Virus record (IMG/VR): IMGVR_UViG_3300032281_001053
Coordinates: 1 to 36,130 of that record
From: a virus
Taxonomy: Duplodnaviria; Caudoviricetes
Reading direction: 5' to 3' (one strand)
DNA length: 36,130 nucleotides
The notes under the pieces were generated by a model. That model did no database searches and was not told where the DNA came from. It saw nothing but the letters and a program-made list of their open reading frames with translations. Positions 25,557 through 34,512 of this stretch are shown piece by piece. Position 1 is the stretch's first letter, and the number at the start of each line of letters is the position of its first letter. The translations under genes were made by a program, and so were the position numbers.

Positions 25557-28121
25557 ATGGCTCAACTTACCGCAGCAGAAGAGGCTGAACTCGCAGCACT
25601 TGAGGCAGAACTTGTCAAAAGGGATGTCTCGGAAGAGTCGCAGTCCAGACAAGAGCGTCTTCGGATGATGGCAGAAGCCCGCGGAGGTGGGATATCCGCT
25701 GGCCCTATCAGCCCTCAGGCAACGGCGACTGGACTTCGCTACGGAATTCCTTTGGCTGCTGGACTTGCGACTGGTCCTGCTTCTGGACTTGCTGCAATTG
25801 CGCGGTCCGCGCTGATCGGTGGCGGTTCTGCTGGTGCCGGCGAAGCTGGTGCTCAGACGGTTGAAAAGCTTGCAGAAGGACGGGAATATCGCCCTGGTCA
25901 GATTGTCGGAGCGACGATTCGAGGAGCTGCTCCGATCATAAAAGATGCTCCACTCAAAACCATCGGAGCCGCCGGTCTTTCTGGCCTACTGGGTGGCGCG
26001 GCAGAAGGTAAGGTTCAAGGTGTTGGATCGGCGCTTTATGAAACGGGAATGGGTGCTGCTCCTGTTGGGGTTGTGCAATCCATTGGTGGCGCTAGCAAAT
26101 CCCTAGGAAACCTGCTTTCCAAAGGAATCCAGAAAGCCGAGGACATTGAGCGTATCGGTCCTGGCGTTGAGGCCACGATTGGTCAGGCGTTTCCGGAGTT
26201 CGCTGGTCTCGAATCCCGTGTTTCTGCTCAGACTGGAAGCCAAGCACTCAAGGAGCGACTGAATCAGCAGGCCGATGCAATCACTCGCGCTGTTGTCGGC
26301 GTTTCCGGAATGGCTGCTGAGACCTATCCCGATATTGTGAGGCGCGTAGCCTCTTCACTCAGCAACATGGACCCAGCCTCGATCGAGAGGTTGGCCAATG
26401 AGGCTGATGCGGTGAACACTGCTCGCAACGCTGTCGAAAAGGCTCGCACTGGGGCGCAGCAGAGCTTGCTTCAGGAGTCACTCTCTGAGGCCGAGAACGA
26501 GTTCCGCAAGCGCATCGATCTGGAGACGATGGCCGGTGGATTGAAGGCTGGAGGTGTGAGACCGTTCCAGTCCGCTGCGATGGGCCGAGAGGTCGAGACC
26601 GTGTTCGATGATGCTCGCAAGGCGTTCTCCACCAAGGCGAATGAACTTTATACTCCGGTCAAACAGTTCGAGAACGATCCGGTGTTCACTCTGTACACCA
26701 AGCCTTCGGCTAATGTGAACTCGGTTCAGGATGAGGTGCTTGATGTCCTTGCGAAGTATCCACAGCTCTCAACCGGTGCTCAGGGTGCTCAATTCACTCC
26801 GTACTTCTCTCGCTTGCAGTCCGTTCTTGAAAACCGCAATCCCGCGTCTCTGAACGAACTGCGGGCTATTCGGGAGAACCTCTACGCTGCCGCGGATTCA
26901 GCGGGCCAATCGTTCGGCACTCGCGCTCAACGAGACATCCGCAACATCGCCAACAGGATCACCGAGACGATCGACTCTCAGGCTCCTTCAGCGTTCGGTC
27001 AGGCCAATGCAGACGCGTTGAGAACCGCCAACGACTTCTACTCCAAGTTCCGTTCTCGATTTGACGAGTTCGGAGTCGCTCAAGCGTTCAAGCCTGAACG
27101 CATGGAGACCGCTCAGATGGCTGAGTCGATGCGCGGACGTGTCGCCAAGCAGGGCGTCGAGACTCCTGCGTTCCAGAATGCGATTACGCTTCTTGATGAC
27201 CTCAAAGCGGCTGGTGCTCAGGGCGTTCCTGACTCCAAAAAATTGGCCGACATCACGCGCTCCGGAATTGTCGATCGTTCGCTCAATGCTGAGACCGGAG
27301 AACTGAATCTCCGCCAGCTTGCCAACGACCTGAACAACATCGAGCAGCAGAGCCCTGGTGGGTTGGCCAAGCTTGGGTTCGGAACTACTCAAGAACTCAA
27401 GCGGTTCGTGCGGTTCGTGACCGGACTTCCGGAAGCGGAGAAGGTTGGTCCTGAGAAGATCGTCCAGCTCATCAACCAAGAGACTCCTGCGGGCTTCGCG
27501 GTCGCTTCCAGAGCCGTTCAGACGCTTCCTGATGTCGCAACCGTCGATACGGTCATCTCGGCCCTCCAAAGACGCGCTACGGGCGGTTCCAAGCCGGCAA
27601 AGGAGGCTCTGGACTCCATTCGTGCGCGTGAGATCGAGGATTTGCTCCTTCAGGTGCAAGGCGGACGCCGTGGTGCAGCTACCGGAGCCGTTGGAGAGCT
27701 TGCTGATCCCGCAAATCGAGCCCGAATCGAGCGAATCCTTGGCCCGCAGCTTCTTTCGACGGTCGAAAAGCAATTCATACCCGGATTTCGGGTGATTGAG
27801 GAGGCTCGTCAGGCTGCTGGACAGGCTGGATCCACGGTGCGAGGCGCTGCGTTTGAAAAGGTTGGCCGAAAAGCATCTGAATTGCCGATTCAAGCTGCTG
27901 GCGGGAAGGGCGCAGCAGGAGCCTTGTCGTTTCTTGGATCGATGGTCGATGCTGCTGGATACGCGCTGGTTTCAAAGGCGATAGCGAAGGGCGCAGGTGT
28001 CAGCGGAATGCGTTCTCGACGCGATTTCCTGAATGATATCGTCAGGATTTCACAGCTTCCAAGCGCCGCACAGCTCGACGCTTTGAGGCGATACGCGGGC
28101 GAAGAACCCGAAGCGGAATAA
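25557..28121 (+). CDS. Large DNA ejection protein
   Basis: 854 aa, Gly/Ala-rich N-terminal segment, last gene of the virion operon. Confidence 0.7.
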   Translation: MAQLTAAEEAELAALEAELVKRDVSEESQSRQERLRMMAEARGGGISAGPISPQATATGLRYGIPLAAGLATGPASGLAAIARSALIGGGSAGAGEAGAQTVEKLAEGREYRPGQIVGATIRGAAPIIKDAPLKTIGAAGLSGLLGGAAEGKVQGVGSALYETGMGAAPVGVVQSIGGASKSLGNLLSKGIQKAEDIERIGPGVEATIGQAFPEFAGLESRVSAQTGSQALKERLNQQADAITRAVVGVSGMAAETYPDIVRRVASSLSNMDPASIERLANEADAVNTARNAVEKARTGAQQSLLQESLSEAENEFRKRIDLETMAGGLKAGGVRPFQSAAMGREVETVFDDARKAFSTKANELYTPVKQFENDPVFTLYTKPSANVNSVQDEVLDVLAKYPQLSTGAQGAQFTPYFSRLQSVLENRNPASLNELRAIRENLYAAADSAGQSFGTRAQRDIRNIANRITETIDSQAPSAFGQANADALRTANDFYSKFRSRFDEFGVAQAFKPERMETAQMAESMRGRVAKQGVETPAFQNAITLLDDLKAAGAQGVPDSKKLADITRSGIVDRSLNAETGELNLRQLANDLNNIEQQSPGGLAKLGFGTTQELKRFVRFVTGLPEAEKVGPEKIVQLINQETPAGFAVASRAVQTLPDVATVDTVISALQRRATGGSKPAKEALDSIRAREIEDLLLQVQGGRRGAATGAVGELADPANRARIERILGPQLLSTVEKQFIPGFRVIEEARQAAGQAGSTVRGAAFEKVGRKASELPIQAAGGKGAAGALSFLGSMVDAAGYALVSKAIAKGAGVSGMRSRRDFLNDIVRISQLPSAAQLDALRRYAGEEPEAE

Positions 28122-28138
28122 TTTCCGCAAGAAATAGT

Positions 28139-28177
28139 TTGCAACACTCGGCAACACGGGGTAACTTCTTCCCCGTG
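28139..28177 (+). promoter_or_regulatory. Leaderless sigma70-like promoter with operator-like repeats
   Basis: TTGCAA-N17-TAACTT-N7-GTG; GCAACAC x2 (28141, 28151); CACGGGG..CCCCGTG inverted repeat. Confidence 0.65.
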
Positions 28178-28348
28178 AGCGTAAAACTACTCTCGATCAA
28201 AGAGATCGCACAGACGCTCGGGACTCATCCCGAGACCGTGCGTCGATGGATCAGGGATGGTCGGCTTCCGGCAATGAGAGCTACGAAGCGCACGATCCGT
28301 GTCCGCTCCGACGTCATCGAGCAACTACTCAGAAACAACAGCAAATGA
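28175..28348 (+). CDS. Excisionase/MerR-like HTH (HTH_17) DNA-binding protein
   Basis: LLSIKEIAQTLGTHPETVRRWIRDGRLPAMR..IRVRSDVIEQLL. Confidence 0.9.
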   Translation: MSVKLLSIKEIAQTLGTHPETVRRWIRDGRLPAMRATKRTIRVRSDVIEQLLRNNSK

Positions 28349-29130
28349 ACGCAATCGCAACGACAACGCAACAGGCTGATCCATCCGCTGAGATGTACAG
28401 CAAGATCGCAGACCCCATCACCGCCATCGAGAAGATGGGCGAGTGGATAGCTTCCAGCGGCATGCTGGGATGTACCAAGGTCGAACAGGGCAAGCTCATC
28501 GCGTGGCAGTGCGCCGCCGAAAGAAAGACCCCGTTCGACTTCCGCAGGGAATACCACATCATCAACGGCTCCTTGAGCATGCGCTCCGATGCCATGCTGG
28601 CCGGCTACCGTGCCCGCGGCGGCAAGGTGCTGTGGAAGCAGTTTGACACCAAGGCCGCGATCGCGGTCTGGACCTACGATGGTAACCAATGCGAGATCGG
28701 GTTCTCCACCGAGGACGCAAAGCTCGCTGGTCTCCTGCCCGCCAAGCCGGGTTCCGGGTGGGCCAAGGATCCGGGTGCCATGCTCCGCGCTCGGTGCATC
28801 AGCAAAGCGATCCGCATGCTCGCTCCTGAAGTGGTGGCCGGCATCTATACTCCGGAAGAGACCGAGGACTTCCAGCCCGCTGCCGCCGAGGTTGCTGTCG
28901 CTCCCACCAAGAGCTTCGATCTCGTTGCCAAGCTCGAAGAACTCTTCGAGTCACGCGAGTCCGACGTGAACGCGCTGCTGCTCAAGGCTGGTCGAATCAA
29001 GGAAGGTCAGACATTCCGCGATCTGGACGACACCTTCGCAAGCAAGTACATCAGCAAGCCTGACCTCATCCTGAGCAAGCTGCCCGTCATCGTCACCCCC
29101 GAGATCGTGAACGCGGAGGTGCAGCCGTGA
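28345..29130 (+). CDS. Single-strand annealing protein (RecT/Bet-like)
   Basis: HIING..SM, FS.EDAKLAGL..W.KDP.AML.ARCIS..IR..PEV..GIYTPEE. Confidence 0.8.
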   Translation: MNAIATTTQQADPSAEMYSKIADPITAIEKMGEWIASSGMLGCTKVEQGKLIAWQCAAERKTPFDFRREYHIINGSLSMRSDAMLAGYRARGGKVLWKQFDTKAAIAVWTYDGNQCEIGFSTEDAKLAGLLPAKPGSGWAKDPGAMLRARCISKAIRMLAPEVVAGIYTPEETEDFQPAAAEVAVAPTKSFDLVAKLEELFESRESDVNALLLKAGRIKEGQTFRDLDDTFASKYISKPDLILSKLPVIVTPEIVNAEVQP

Positions 29131-29729
29131 AACCATTCAATCAACTGACCGACTCCGAGGTGCTCAACCTCTCCAACGAAGACCTCAACGATGCCATCCT
29201 ATTGGAGGCAATCAATCGAGGTATCCAACCGCCAATCACACTTTCAGAAGCACTACGCCGCAGCGAGTGGCGCGGCTACACCAAGCCTGCTGAAGCCATC
29301 AAGGTGTTCTCGTTTAAGATTGGATACCACAGCTCAAACTTTGCGTTCCTCGATGAGAAACTCGCAGAGAAAGCCTTGGAAGGAATGATCTGCATTGATG
29401 AGAACAGCTACAGCTATCCCAAAATCAAAATCACCAGCGACACTCCTCAGATTGTTGTAAAGTACGTCGGTGTCGAAGCTGGTTCACAGAAGGCTTCAAA
29501 ATTTGAGGAGTTCACACAGGACGACACTGAGTTTAACAAGGTGCGCGACGAGTGCCTTGAGCGGTACAGCGAGGTGCGCCAACAAGCGTACAACGCCAAG
29601 GTTAGGCAGGAGAAGCGCACCGAGTACCTGCGTCTTGCCCGTGGGGACGAGGAGATTGCCAAGTCGTTCTGGGCAAAAGTGGAGCTCGGAGAGTGGCCTG
29701 TTGCTGACACGAACGGAGGTGCCCAGTGA
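29127..29729 (+). CDS. Hypothetical protein
   Basis: 200-aa ORF, GTGA-coupled on both sides, GGAGG RBS. Confidence 0.8.
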   Translation: MKPFNQLTDSEVLNLSNEDLNDAILLEAINRGIQPPITLSEALRRSEWRGYTKPAEAIKVFSFKIGYHSSNFAFLDEKLAEKALEGMICIDENSYSYPKIKITSDTPQIVVKYVGVEAGSQKASKFEEFTQDDTEFNKVRDECLERYSEVRQQAYNAKVRQEKRTEYLRLARGDEEIAKSFWAKVELGEWPVADTNGGAQ

Positions 29730-30505
29730 GCGGAGAAATCATCTGCAACATGCCTGCTGCCATCTACCACGGCACCAAGGCTCTCTCGAAGTCCGGGCTC
29801 GATCAGTTCCGCAAGTCGCCCGCTCACTTCCGCGCTTGGCAGGATGGAGTCACCAAGAACGAGTCGTCGCCCGCGCTGGAGTTCGGCACTGCTGTCCACA
29901 TGGCCATCCTGGAGCCTGAGCTGTTCGCCAAGTCCTACACGGTGTTCACCGGCGATCGCCGCACCAAGGATGGCAAGGCAGCCTACGAGGCGGTCATCGC
30001 TTCTGGCATGAACCCGCTCAACCAAGAGCAGTGGGACAACATCACCGGAGCCGCCGCCGCGGTTCACGCTCACCCCGCCGCCGCTCCGCTGCTCAACGGA
30101 ATCCAGACCGAGGTCTCGTGCTTCGACACTTGGATGGGCGTGAAGGTCAAAGCTCGCATCGATGGCCTCGGCAAGGACTACATCATCGATGTCAAAACCA
30201 CCCAGGACGCCTCACCCGCGGCCTTCGGTAAAAGCTGCGCCCAGTTCCGCTATCACGTGCAGGCCGCGTGGTACCGCCAGATCACTGGAATTCAACGGTT
30301 CGTGTTCATCGCAGTCGAGAAGGAAGCACCCTATGGCGTGGCCTGCTACGAACTCGATGAGCAGGCCATCAGCCTCGGTCACAGCATCATCGAGGAGCAG
30401 CTCAGAACCTACGTCGAGTGCGAGCAACTCAACTCGTGGCCCTGCTACTCGTCCCATATCCAATCACTCTCGCTGCCCGCGTGGGCGGCTCGTCAGTCCG
30501 AATAA
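29726..30505 (+). CDS. Exonuclease VIII / RecE-like PD-(D/E)XK nuclease (DUF3799-like)
   Basis: YH..LSKS..SPAH, FGTAVH..LEP, KARID..IIDVKTT, YHVQAAWY, FVFIAVEKEAPY. Confidence 0.9.
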   Translation: MSGEIICNMPAAIYHGTKALSKSGLDQFRKSPAHFRAWQDGVTKNESSPALEFGTAVHMAILEPELFAKSYTVFTGDRRTKDGKAAYEAVIASGMNPLNQEQWDNITGAAAAVHAHPAAAPLLNGIQTEVSCFDTWMGVKVKARIDGLGKDYIIDVKTTQDASPAAFGKSCAQFRYHVQAAWYRQITGIQRFVFIAVEKEAPYGVACYELDEQAISLGHSIIEEQLRTYVECEQLNSWPCYSSHIQSLSLPAWAARQSE

Positions 30506-30526
30506 CAGCAACACACATCCCAACAC

Positions 30527-30946
30527 ATGAAATTCAAAGTCGATCGTTCCCAAGCCGAAGTGAAGCCGTTTGACGGTCCCGGCGAATACACCGTCGTCAT
30601 CCAGTCCGCCAAGGACGAGGGTCTCGATAAGAGCGGTAACAGCGTAGCCACCCTGCGCTTAAAGGGTAGTGACGGAGAGATTCTTAGTGACAGGTTTGTC
30701 TTAAAAGAAAGCCAGATGTGGCGCATTCAGGCGCTGATCAGCGCGACCGAGGCCAACATCGATGACGGTGCCGAGTTCGATTTTAGCGTCAACGGAGCCT
30801 TCTTCCGATTCCTCCAGGGCTTCGTTGGGCTGTCGATGATCGTCGTCCTTGAAGAGGAGAAGTACACCGACAAGAAGGGGCAGGAGCAGACCGCCCTGCG
30901 TGTTCGTCGCATGAAGAAGGTGCCATCCGATAACGACACCATCTAA
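30527..30946 (+). CDS. DUF669-like ssDNA-binding protein
   Basis: PGEYTVVI..K.G...L, OB-fold-like pattern, acidic C-terminus. Confidence 0.7.
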   Translation: MKFKVDRSQAEVKPFDGPGEYTVVIQSAKDEGLDKSGNSVATLRLKGSDGEILSDRFVLKESQMWRIQALISATEANIDDGAEFDFSVNGAFFRFLQGFVGLSMIVVLEEEKYTDKKGQEQTALRVRRMKKVPSDNDTI

Positions 30947-30951
30947 CCACT

Positions 30952-30988
30952 AAACAAAAGCCCCCCGGAGTTTGCAGCCTCCGGGGGG
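30952..30988 (-). terminator. Strong hairpin with U-tract on the minus strand
   Basis: CCCCCCGGAG-8nt-CTCCGGGGGG (30961-30988) preceded by AAACAAAAG. Confidence 0.55.
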
Positions 30989-31026
30989 TGACATGAGTCC
31001 AAAACAACAAAGCGCAACGACACGCT

Positions 31027-32154
31027 ATGCAGACCAAAGATCATCCCGAAACGAACTCGACGCAAGCATTTCTGCTTCGTCCCTACCAACAACGAGCGGT
31101 CGAATGGGCTTTGCTTGCCCATAGCGGACTCATCATCGCACCCGCGGGAAGCGGCAAGACACTGATCGCTTCCTCGATCATCAAACACGCTGCTAACAAA
31201 TTTCCCAATGTCAGCTTTGGTTGGCTCGCTCCAACCCGTGAGACATGCCAGCAGGCAATCGCTTCTCTTAAGGCCGTTGGCGTGGATCCATCCCGAGTCG
31301 AAGTCCGGTGCCCGCATGAGTCAGTCGATTTCTCCAATAAGACCATCCTGATCGTCGATGAGGCGAAGCATGCTCCAGCGGCCACGTGGCGAAAGATCAT
31401 TGAGTCATGCCCAGGATCGATCTTTGGATTTGACGCCACGCCTTGGTCTGATGACCCAGAGCGCAACGCCGCACTTCGTTATCTCTTTGCCAACAACAGC
31501 TTCGAGATCAAGCGCGAGGAACTCGAAGGAGTTTTGGCCCACGCAACCGTGTACATGCACTCGGCCAGCGACAAAGGTCTCCAGCAGAAGATCGATGATC
31601 ACATCGAGATGCTCTTCAACGATCGCAAACGCTACATGCGAATCAAACACTCCGAACTTCGCGCCATGTGCGCTTGGGAAGCGATCACCGAGATCGGAAT
31701 CTGCAAGAACATGGAGCGAAACGGAATGGCCGCGATGATGGCATCAGCAGGTGGATGTTCCAATTCTCCAACTCTGGTTCTGGTTCCACGAGTCACACTC
31801 GGGATGTGGTTCGCATCGCTGCTGTCTGGCGCTGTCTGCATTCACTCGAAGGTTCCAAAGAAGGTCCGAGCCAATGTCATGGATGCGTTCAGGAAAGGAG
31901 ACATCCAGATCTTGGTCGCCACATCTCTGGCCGATGAGGGGTTGGATCTGCCGAACATTCACACGCTGGTCATGGTGTCCGGTGGTCGGAGCACCCAGAA
32001 GACTATCCAGCGGGCCAGCCGTGCATTGCGCCGTGCGCCAGGAAAGGACCACGCGATCATCCACGATTTCCGAGACACCTTCCATCCGCTGGCAGAAGCC
32101 CACGCCAAGAAGCGCATCAAGTGCTACAAGGAACTCGGATGCCACTTCGCATGA
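31027..32154 (+). CDS. Superfamily 2 helicase
   Basis: LRPYQ, APAGSGKT, IVDEAKH, DATP, DEGLDLP, IQRASRALR. Confidence 0.92.
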   Translation: MQTKDHPETNSTQAFLLRPYQQRAVEWALLAHSGLIIAPAGSGKTLIASSIIKHAANKFPNVSFGWLAPTRETCQQAIASLKAVGVDPSRVEVRCPHESVDFSNKTILIVDEAKHAPAATWRKIIESCPGSIFGFDATPWSDDPERNAALRYLFANNSFEIKREELEGVLAHATVYMHSASDKGLQQKIDDHIEMLFNDRKRYMRIKHSELRAMCAWEAITEIGICKNMERNGMAAMMASAGGCSNSPTLVLVPRVTLGMWFASLLSGAVCIHSKVPKKVRANVMDAFRKGDIQILVATSLADEGLDLPNIHTLVMVSGGRSTQKTIQRASRALRRAPGKDHAIIHDFRDTFHPLAEAHAKKRIKCYKELGCHFA

Positions 32155-32288
32155 GCACCGCACTCACCATCGTCTCCATGGCCGTGCTGATGCCCCTCTG
32201 CGTGATCGCAGACATCTACGTAGGCTACACTCTCACCATCAAGTCCCAACAAACAACCAATGAGCAATCAAATCGTAATCGCATGTGA
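32151..32288 (+). CDS. Small membrane protein
   Basis: 45 aa MSTALTIVSMAVLMPLCVIA..., ATGA-coupled. Confidence 0.55.
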   Translation: MSTALTIVSMAVLMPLCVIADIYVGYTLTIKSQQTTNEQSNRNRM

Positions 32289-32718
32289 CCCAGGTATGGG
32301 CGGCGGGTTCGCTGTCCAGACAAAGGACGGCATCCTACTGTTCCCAATGCCCGAGTCACTCCCCGACATGGAGCAACTCCTGACCGGCTTCAAGCTGGCA
32401 GATAGCCACCTGTGGATCGAGAAGGTTCCCAAGTTCGTGAGCAAGCTGACCCCGGCCTCCGCGGTCGCCACGCTCCACGAGAACTACGGCATCATCCAAG
32501 GTCTGGCCTACGCCACCGGCTACGCGCTCCACCGCGTCGAGCCCAAGGTATGGCAGGAACCGCTCGGACTCGGAGGTCGCAAAGCCTGCGCCACTGGTCC
32601 TGAGTGGAAACGTAAGCTGAAGAGCAAGGCCCAGGAGCTGTACCCTCACCTCGATGTGACGCTCGGCAACGCGGACGCGCTTCTGATCCTCCACTACGCC
32701 CAGGGAGGTGGCCGATGA
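32260..32718 (+). CDS. RuvC-like Holliday junction resolvase
   Basis: IACDPG..GG, WIEKV, YG...G, P..WQ, ADALLI. Confidence 0.85.
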   Translation: MSNQIVIACDPGMGGGFAVQTKDGILLFPMPESLPDMEQLLTGFKLADSHLWIEKVPKFVSKLTPASAVATLHENYGIIQGLAYATGYALHRVEPKVWQEPLGLGGRKACATGPEWKRKLKSKAQELYPHLDVTLGNADALLILHYAQGGGR

Positions 32719-32864
32719 GCGAGCTGGCCAAGAAGATCGAGCAGCAGGGCAGCGGCGTGTACCAGATGACCAGCAAGGAAGCAGGCGAGGCATACCGCGC
32801 TGCGAAGAAGGTCAAAGCGTATCAGATCACGTACTGGAACCGGAAGAAGAAGGAGGCGAAATGA
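32715..32864 (+). CDS. Small basic protein ending YWNRKKKEAK
   Basis: 49 aa, GGAGG RBS, ATGA overlaps on both sides. Confidence 0.75.
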   Translation: MSELAKKIEQQGSGVYQMTSKEAGEAYRAAKKVKAYQITYWNRKKKEAK

Positions 32865-33154
32865 GCGATACACCGAGAACGGATGCGGCGTATTTCAAAC
32901 ATCACGCTACCATGTACGATCTTGCAGGCGAGATGAAGCTCATGGAACACGAACTCAACGCGGCCAACGAGCGCATCAAGCGGTTGGAGCAGGAATTCAA
33001 TGAGCTTGGTTCAGATGCAGCTGAGTTGCTAAATTCAAATGGAGAACTTGAAAAACGCATCAAGCGGCTGGAGGAGGCGGGGGATGCACTCGCCAACAAT
33101 CACAACCCGTTTACGTTTATCGACTGGAACAAAGCCAAGGAGGCCAAGCTGTGA
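32861..33154 (+). CDS. Cassette-array protein 1 (MSDTPRTDA..RIKRLE x2..WNKAKEAKL)
   Basis: AAGGAGG RBS, ATGA overlap; 97 aa. Confidence 0.85.
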   Translation: MSDTPRTDAAYFKHHATMYDLAGEMKLMEHELNAANERIKRLEQEFNELGSDAAELLNSNGELEKRIKRLEEAGDALANNHNPFTFIDWNKAKEAKL

Positions 33155-33608
33155 ATCTCGCACCAGACAACTGCCCATTCTGCCAATCCGCGATCATGGT
33201 GCATGGCGGAAACCTACTGAGGTCGGATAACTGCGGATTCGCTACCTACGAATGCCGTACCGTTTACGATGTCGAACTGTCTGACAATCAATGGGAACGG
33301 GCAGAGCAATCTATGGCATGTCGGACTCGTGAAAATCAACTGCTGACAAAGCTGCGTGATGAGGCCCATGAGCGCATCAAGCGGCTGGAGGAGGCTGGGG
33401 ATGCAGTCGAAGAACGACTGGGATGTGGGTGTGGATGCGGTGGGCCTTGTCGGGCTTGCCGTAACGAATCCGAGAACTGGCGCAAAGCCAAGGAGGCCAA
33501 GCCGTGAGCCATATAGTAGATGCACACGTTGCATATTGCAAAACGATCAGCGATCTGAGTCGGGATAAGACAGAGCTTCTTGAACGCATCAAGCGGCTGG
33601 AGGAGGCT
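32969..33608 (+). repeat. Box R1 dispersed repeat x4: CGCATCAAGCGGYTGGAG(GAGGCKGGGGATGCA)
   Basis: Copies start at 32972, 33056, 33373 and 33585; 33056-33088 and 33373-33405 differ at 1 of 33 nt. Confidence 0.95.
33151..33507 (+). CDS. Cassette-array protein 2 (CPFC Zn-finger N-terminus..ERIKRLEEAGDA..CGCGCGGPCRAC..WRKAKEAKP)
   Basis: GTG start inside R2; 118 aa. Confidence 0.85.
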   Translation: MNLAPDNCPFCQSAIMVHGGNLLRSDNCGFATYECRTVYDVELSDNQWERAEQSMACRTRENQLLTKLRDEAHERIKRLEEAGDAVEERLGCGCGCGGPCRACRNESENWRKAKEAKP

Positions 33609-33695
33609 CTTGATGAGGTTTACCACGCAGGTCGAGTCGGAGCGAGCTTACGCGCTGAAAAAGCATGGCACAAAGCCAAGGAGGCCAAGCTGTGA
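33504..33695 (+). CDS. Cassette-array protein 3 (..ERIKRLEEAL..WHKAKEAKL)
   Basis: GTG start inside R2; 63 aa. Confidence 0.85.
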   Translation: MSHIVDAHVAYCKTISDLSRDKTELLERIKRLEEALDEVYHAGRVGASLRAEKAWHKAKEAKL

Positions 33696-33943
33696 GGCGG
33701 TACTCCATCGAGCGGCTTCCGCACATGCCGCCAAAAAACGGATTTGTGATTCACACACCCGAGTTTTCCGTGCTCGCGGACACCGCCCCGCTCACGATTG
33801 TGAAGGAGCTCAATAGGCTGCTGGATAGGAACAGGGCGCTGGAGGCCGCTATCCGCACAACGCTCGACGCCAACCGGCACCTCGCTGACGGCGACGACTG
33901 CACACTGATTCAACTCAAGAAGGAGCTACCCGAGTGGGTCTAA
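33692..33943 (+). CDS. Hypothetical protein
   Basis: GTG start inside the third R2; 83 aa. Confidence 0.75.
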   Translation: MRRYSIERLPHMPPKNGFVIHTPEFSVLADTAPLTIVKELNRLLDRNRALEAAIRTTLDANRHLADGDDCTLIQLKKELPEWV

Positions 33944-33962
33944 CCAAGAAGGAGGACATCGA

Positions 33963-34508
33963 TTGAGCTACCATCAGTCAGGCCAATTACCTCACCATCA
34001 GTACTGCTTCGTCGAAGCATCCTTCCTCGGATTGTCCGGAGCAGCATTCATCCCCTGCGTCTGGTTCGGACTAGTATCCATCCCCGGCAGAATGTGGGGC
34101 TGCACCATCATGCTCGAATGCGGAGCGGTCTATCGCGCCGTTCCACCCCACGCCATAACATTCAGCTCCGATCCAGAGCTTCTCTGGACACCGCAGCAAG
34201 CCCAGCGATGGGACTGCTACGGAACTGACTTCACCACCATCGAGTACACCTTCCTCCGAGGACTCGAATGCCAAGTCAAATGCGCCGATCAAATCACCAC
34301 CGGCGACTACCTCTTCACCGCCGCTCCCATCGGCGATAGCTGGAGCCGCCAACCCAACCAAGCCAAGGAATTCATGTTCATCCGAACCGATGGCGAACGA
34401 CTCACCATCCAACCCACCGACAAGGTCATCTTCATCGAGAAGTCATTCACCGAACCACACTGGCCCACCGGCCTGCGAACCACCGACAAAATCTACACCT
34501 GCGAATGA
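33963..34508 (+). CDS. Conserved-looking hypothetical phage protein
   Basis: TTG start with AAGGAGGA RBS; CVWFG..PGR..LECGA.Y, WDCYG, YLFT, QP motifs. Confidence 0.8.
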   Translation: MSYHQSGQLPHHQYCFVEASFLGLSGAAFIPCVWFGLVSIPGRMWGCTIMLECGAVYRAVPPHAITFSSDPELLWTPQQAQRWDCYGTDFTTIEYTFLRGLECQVKCADQITTGDYLFTAAPIGDSWSRQPNQAKEFMFIRTDGERLTIQPTDKVIFIEKSFTEPHWPTGLRTTDKIYTCE

Positions 34509-34512
34509 AACC

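Larger units (their letters stand above)
33130..33695 (+). repeat. Box R2 dispersed repeat x3: CAAAGCCAAGGAGGCCAAGCYGTGA
   Basis: 33130-33154, 33483-33507 and 33671-33695; each preceded by TGGNN. Confidence 0.95.

Noticed and set aside
28175-28348. Excisionase as evidence of a temperate lifestyle or prophage
   Set aside because: No integrase, CI-like repressor, partition genes or host flanks recognised; HTH_17 proteins often act as regulators
32969-33695. R1/R2 repeats as a CRISPR or mini-CRISPR array
   Set aside because: Two alternating repeat types, irregular spacing, no palindromy, all in frame within coding sequence, and no cas genes
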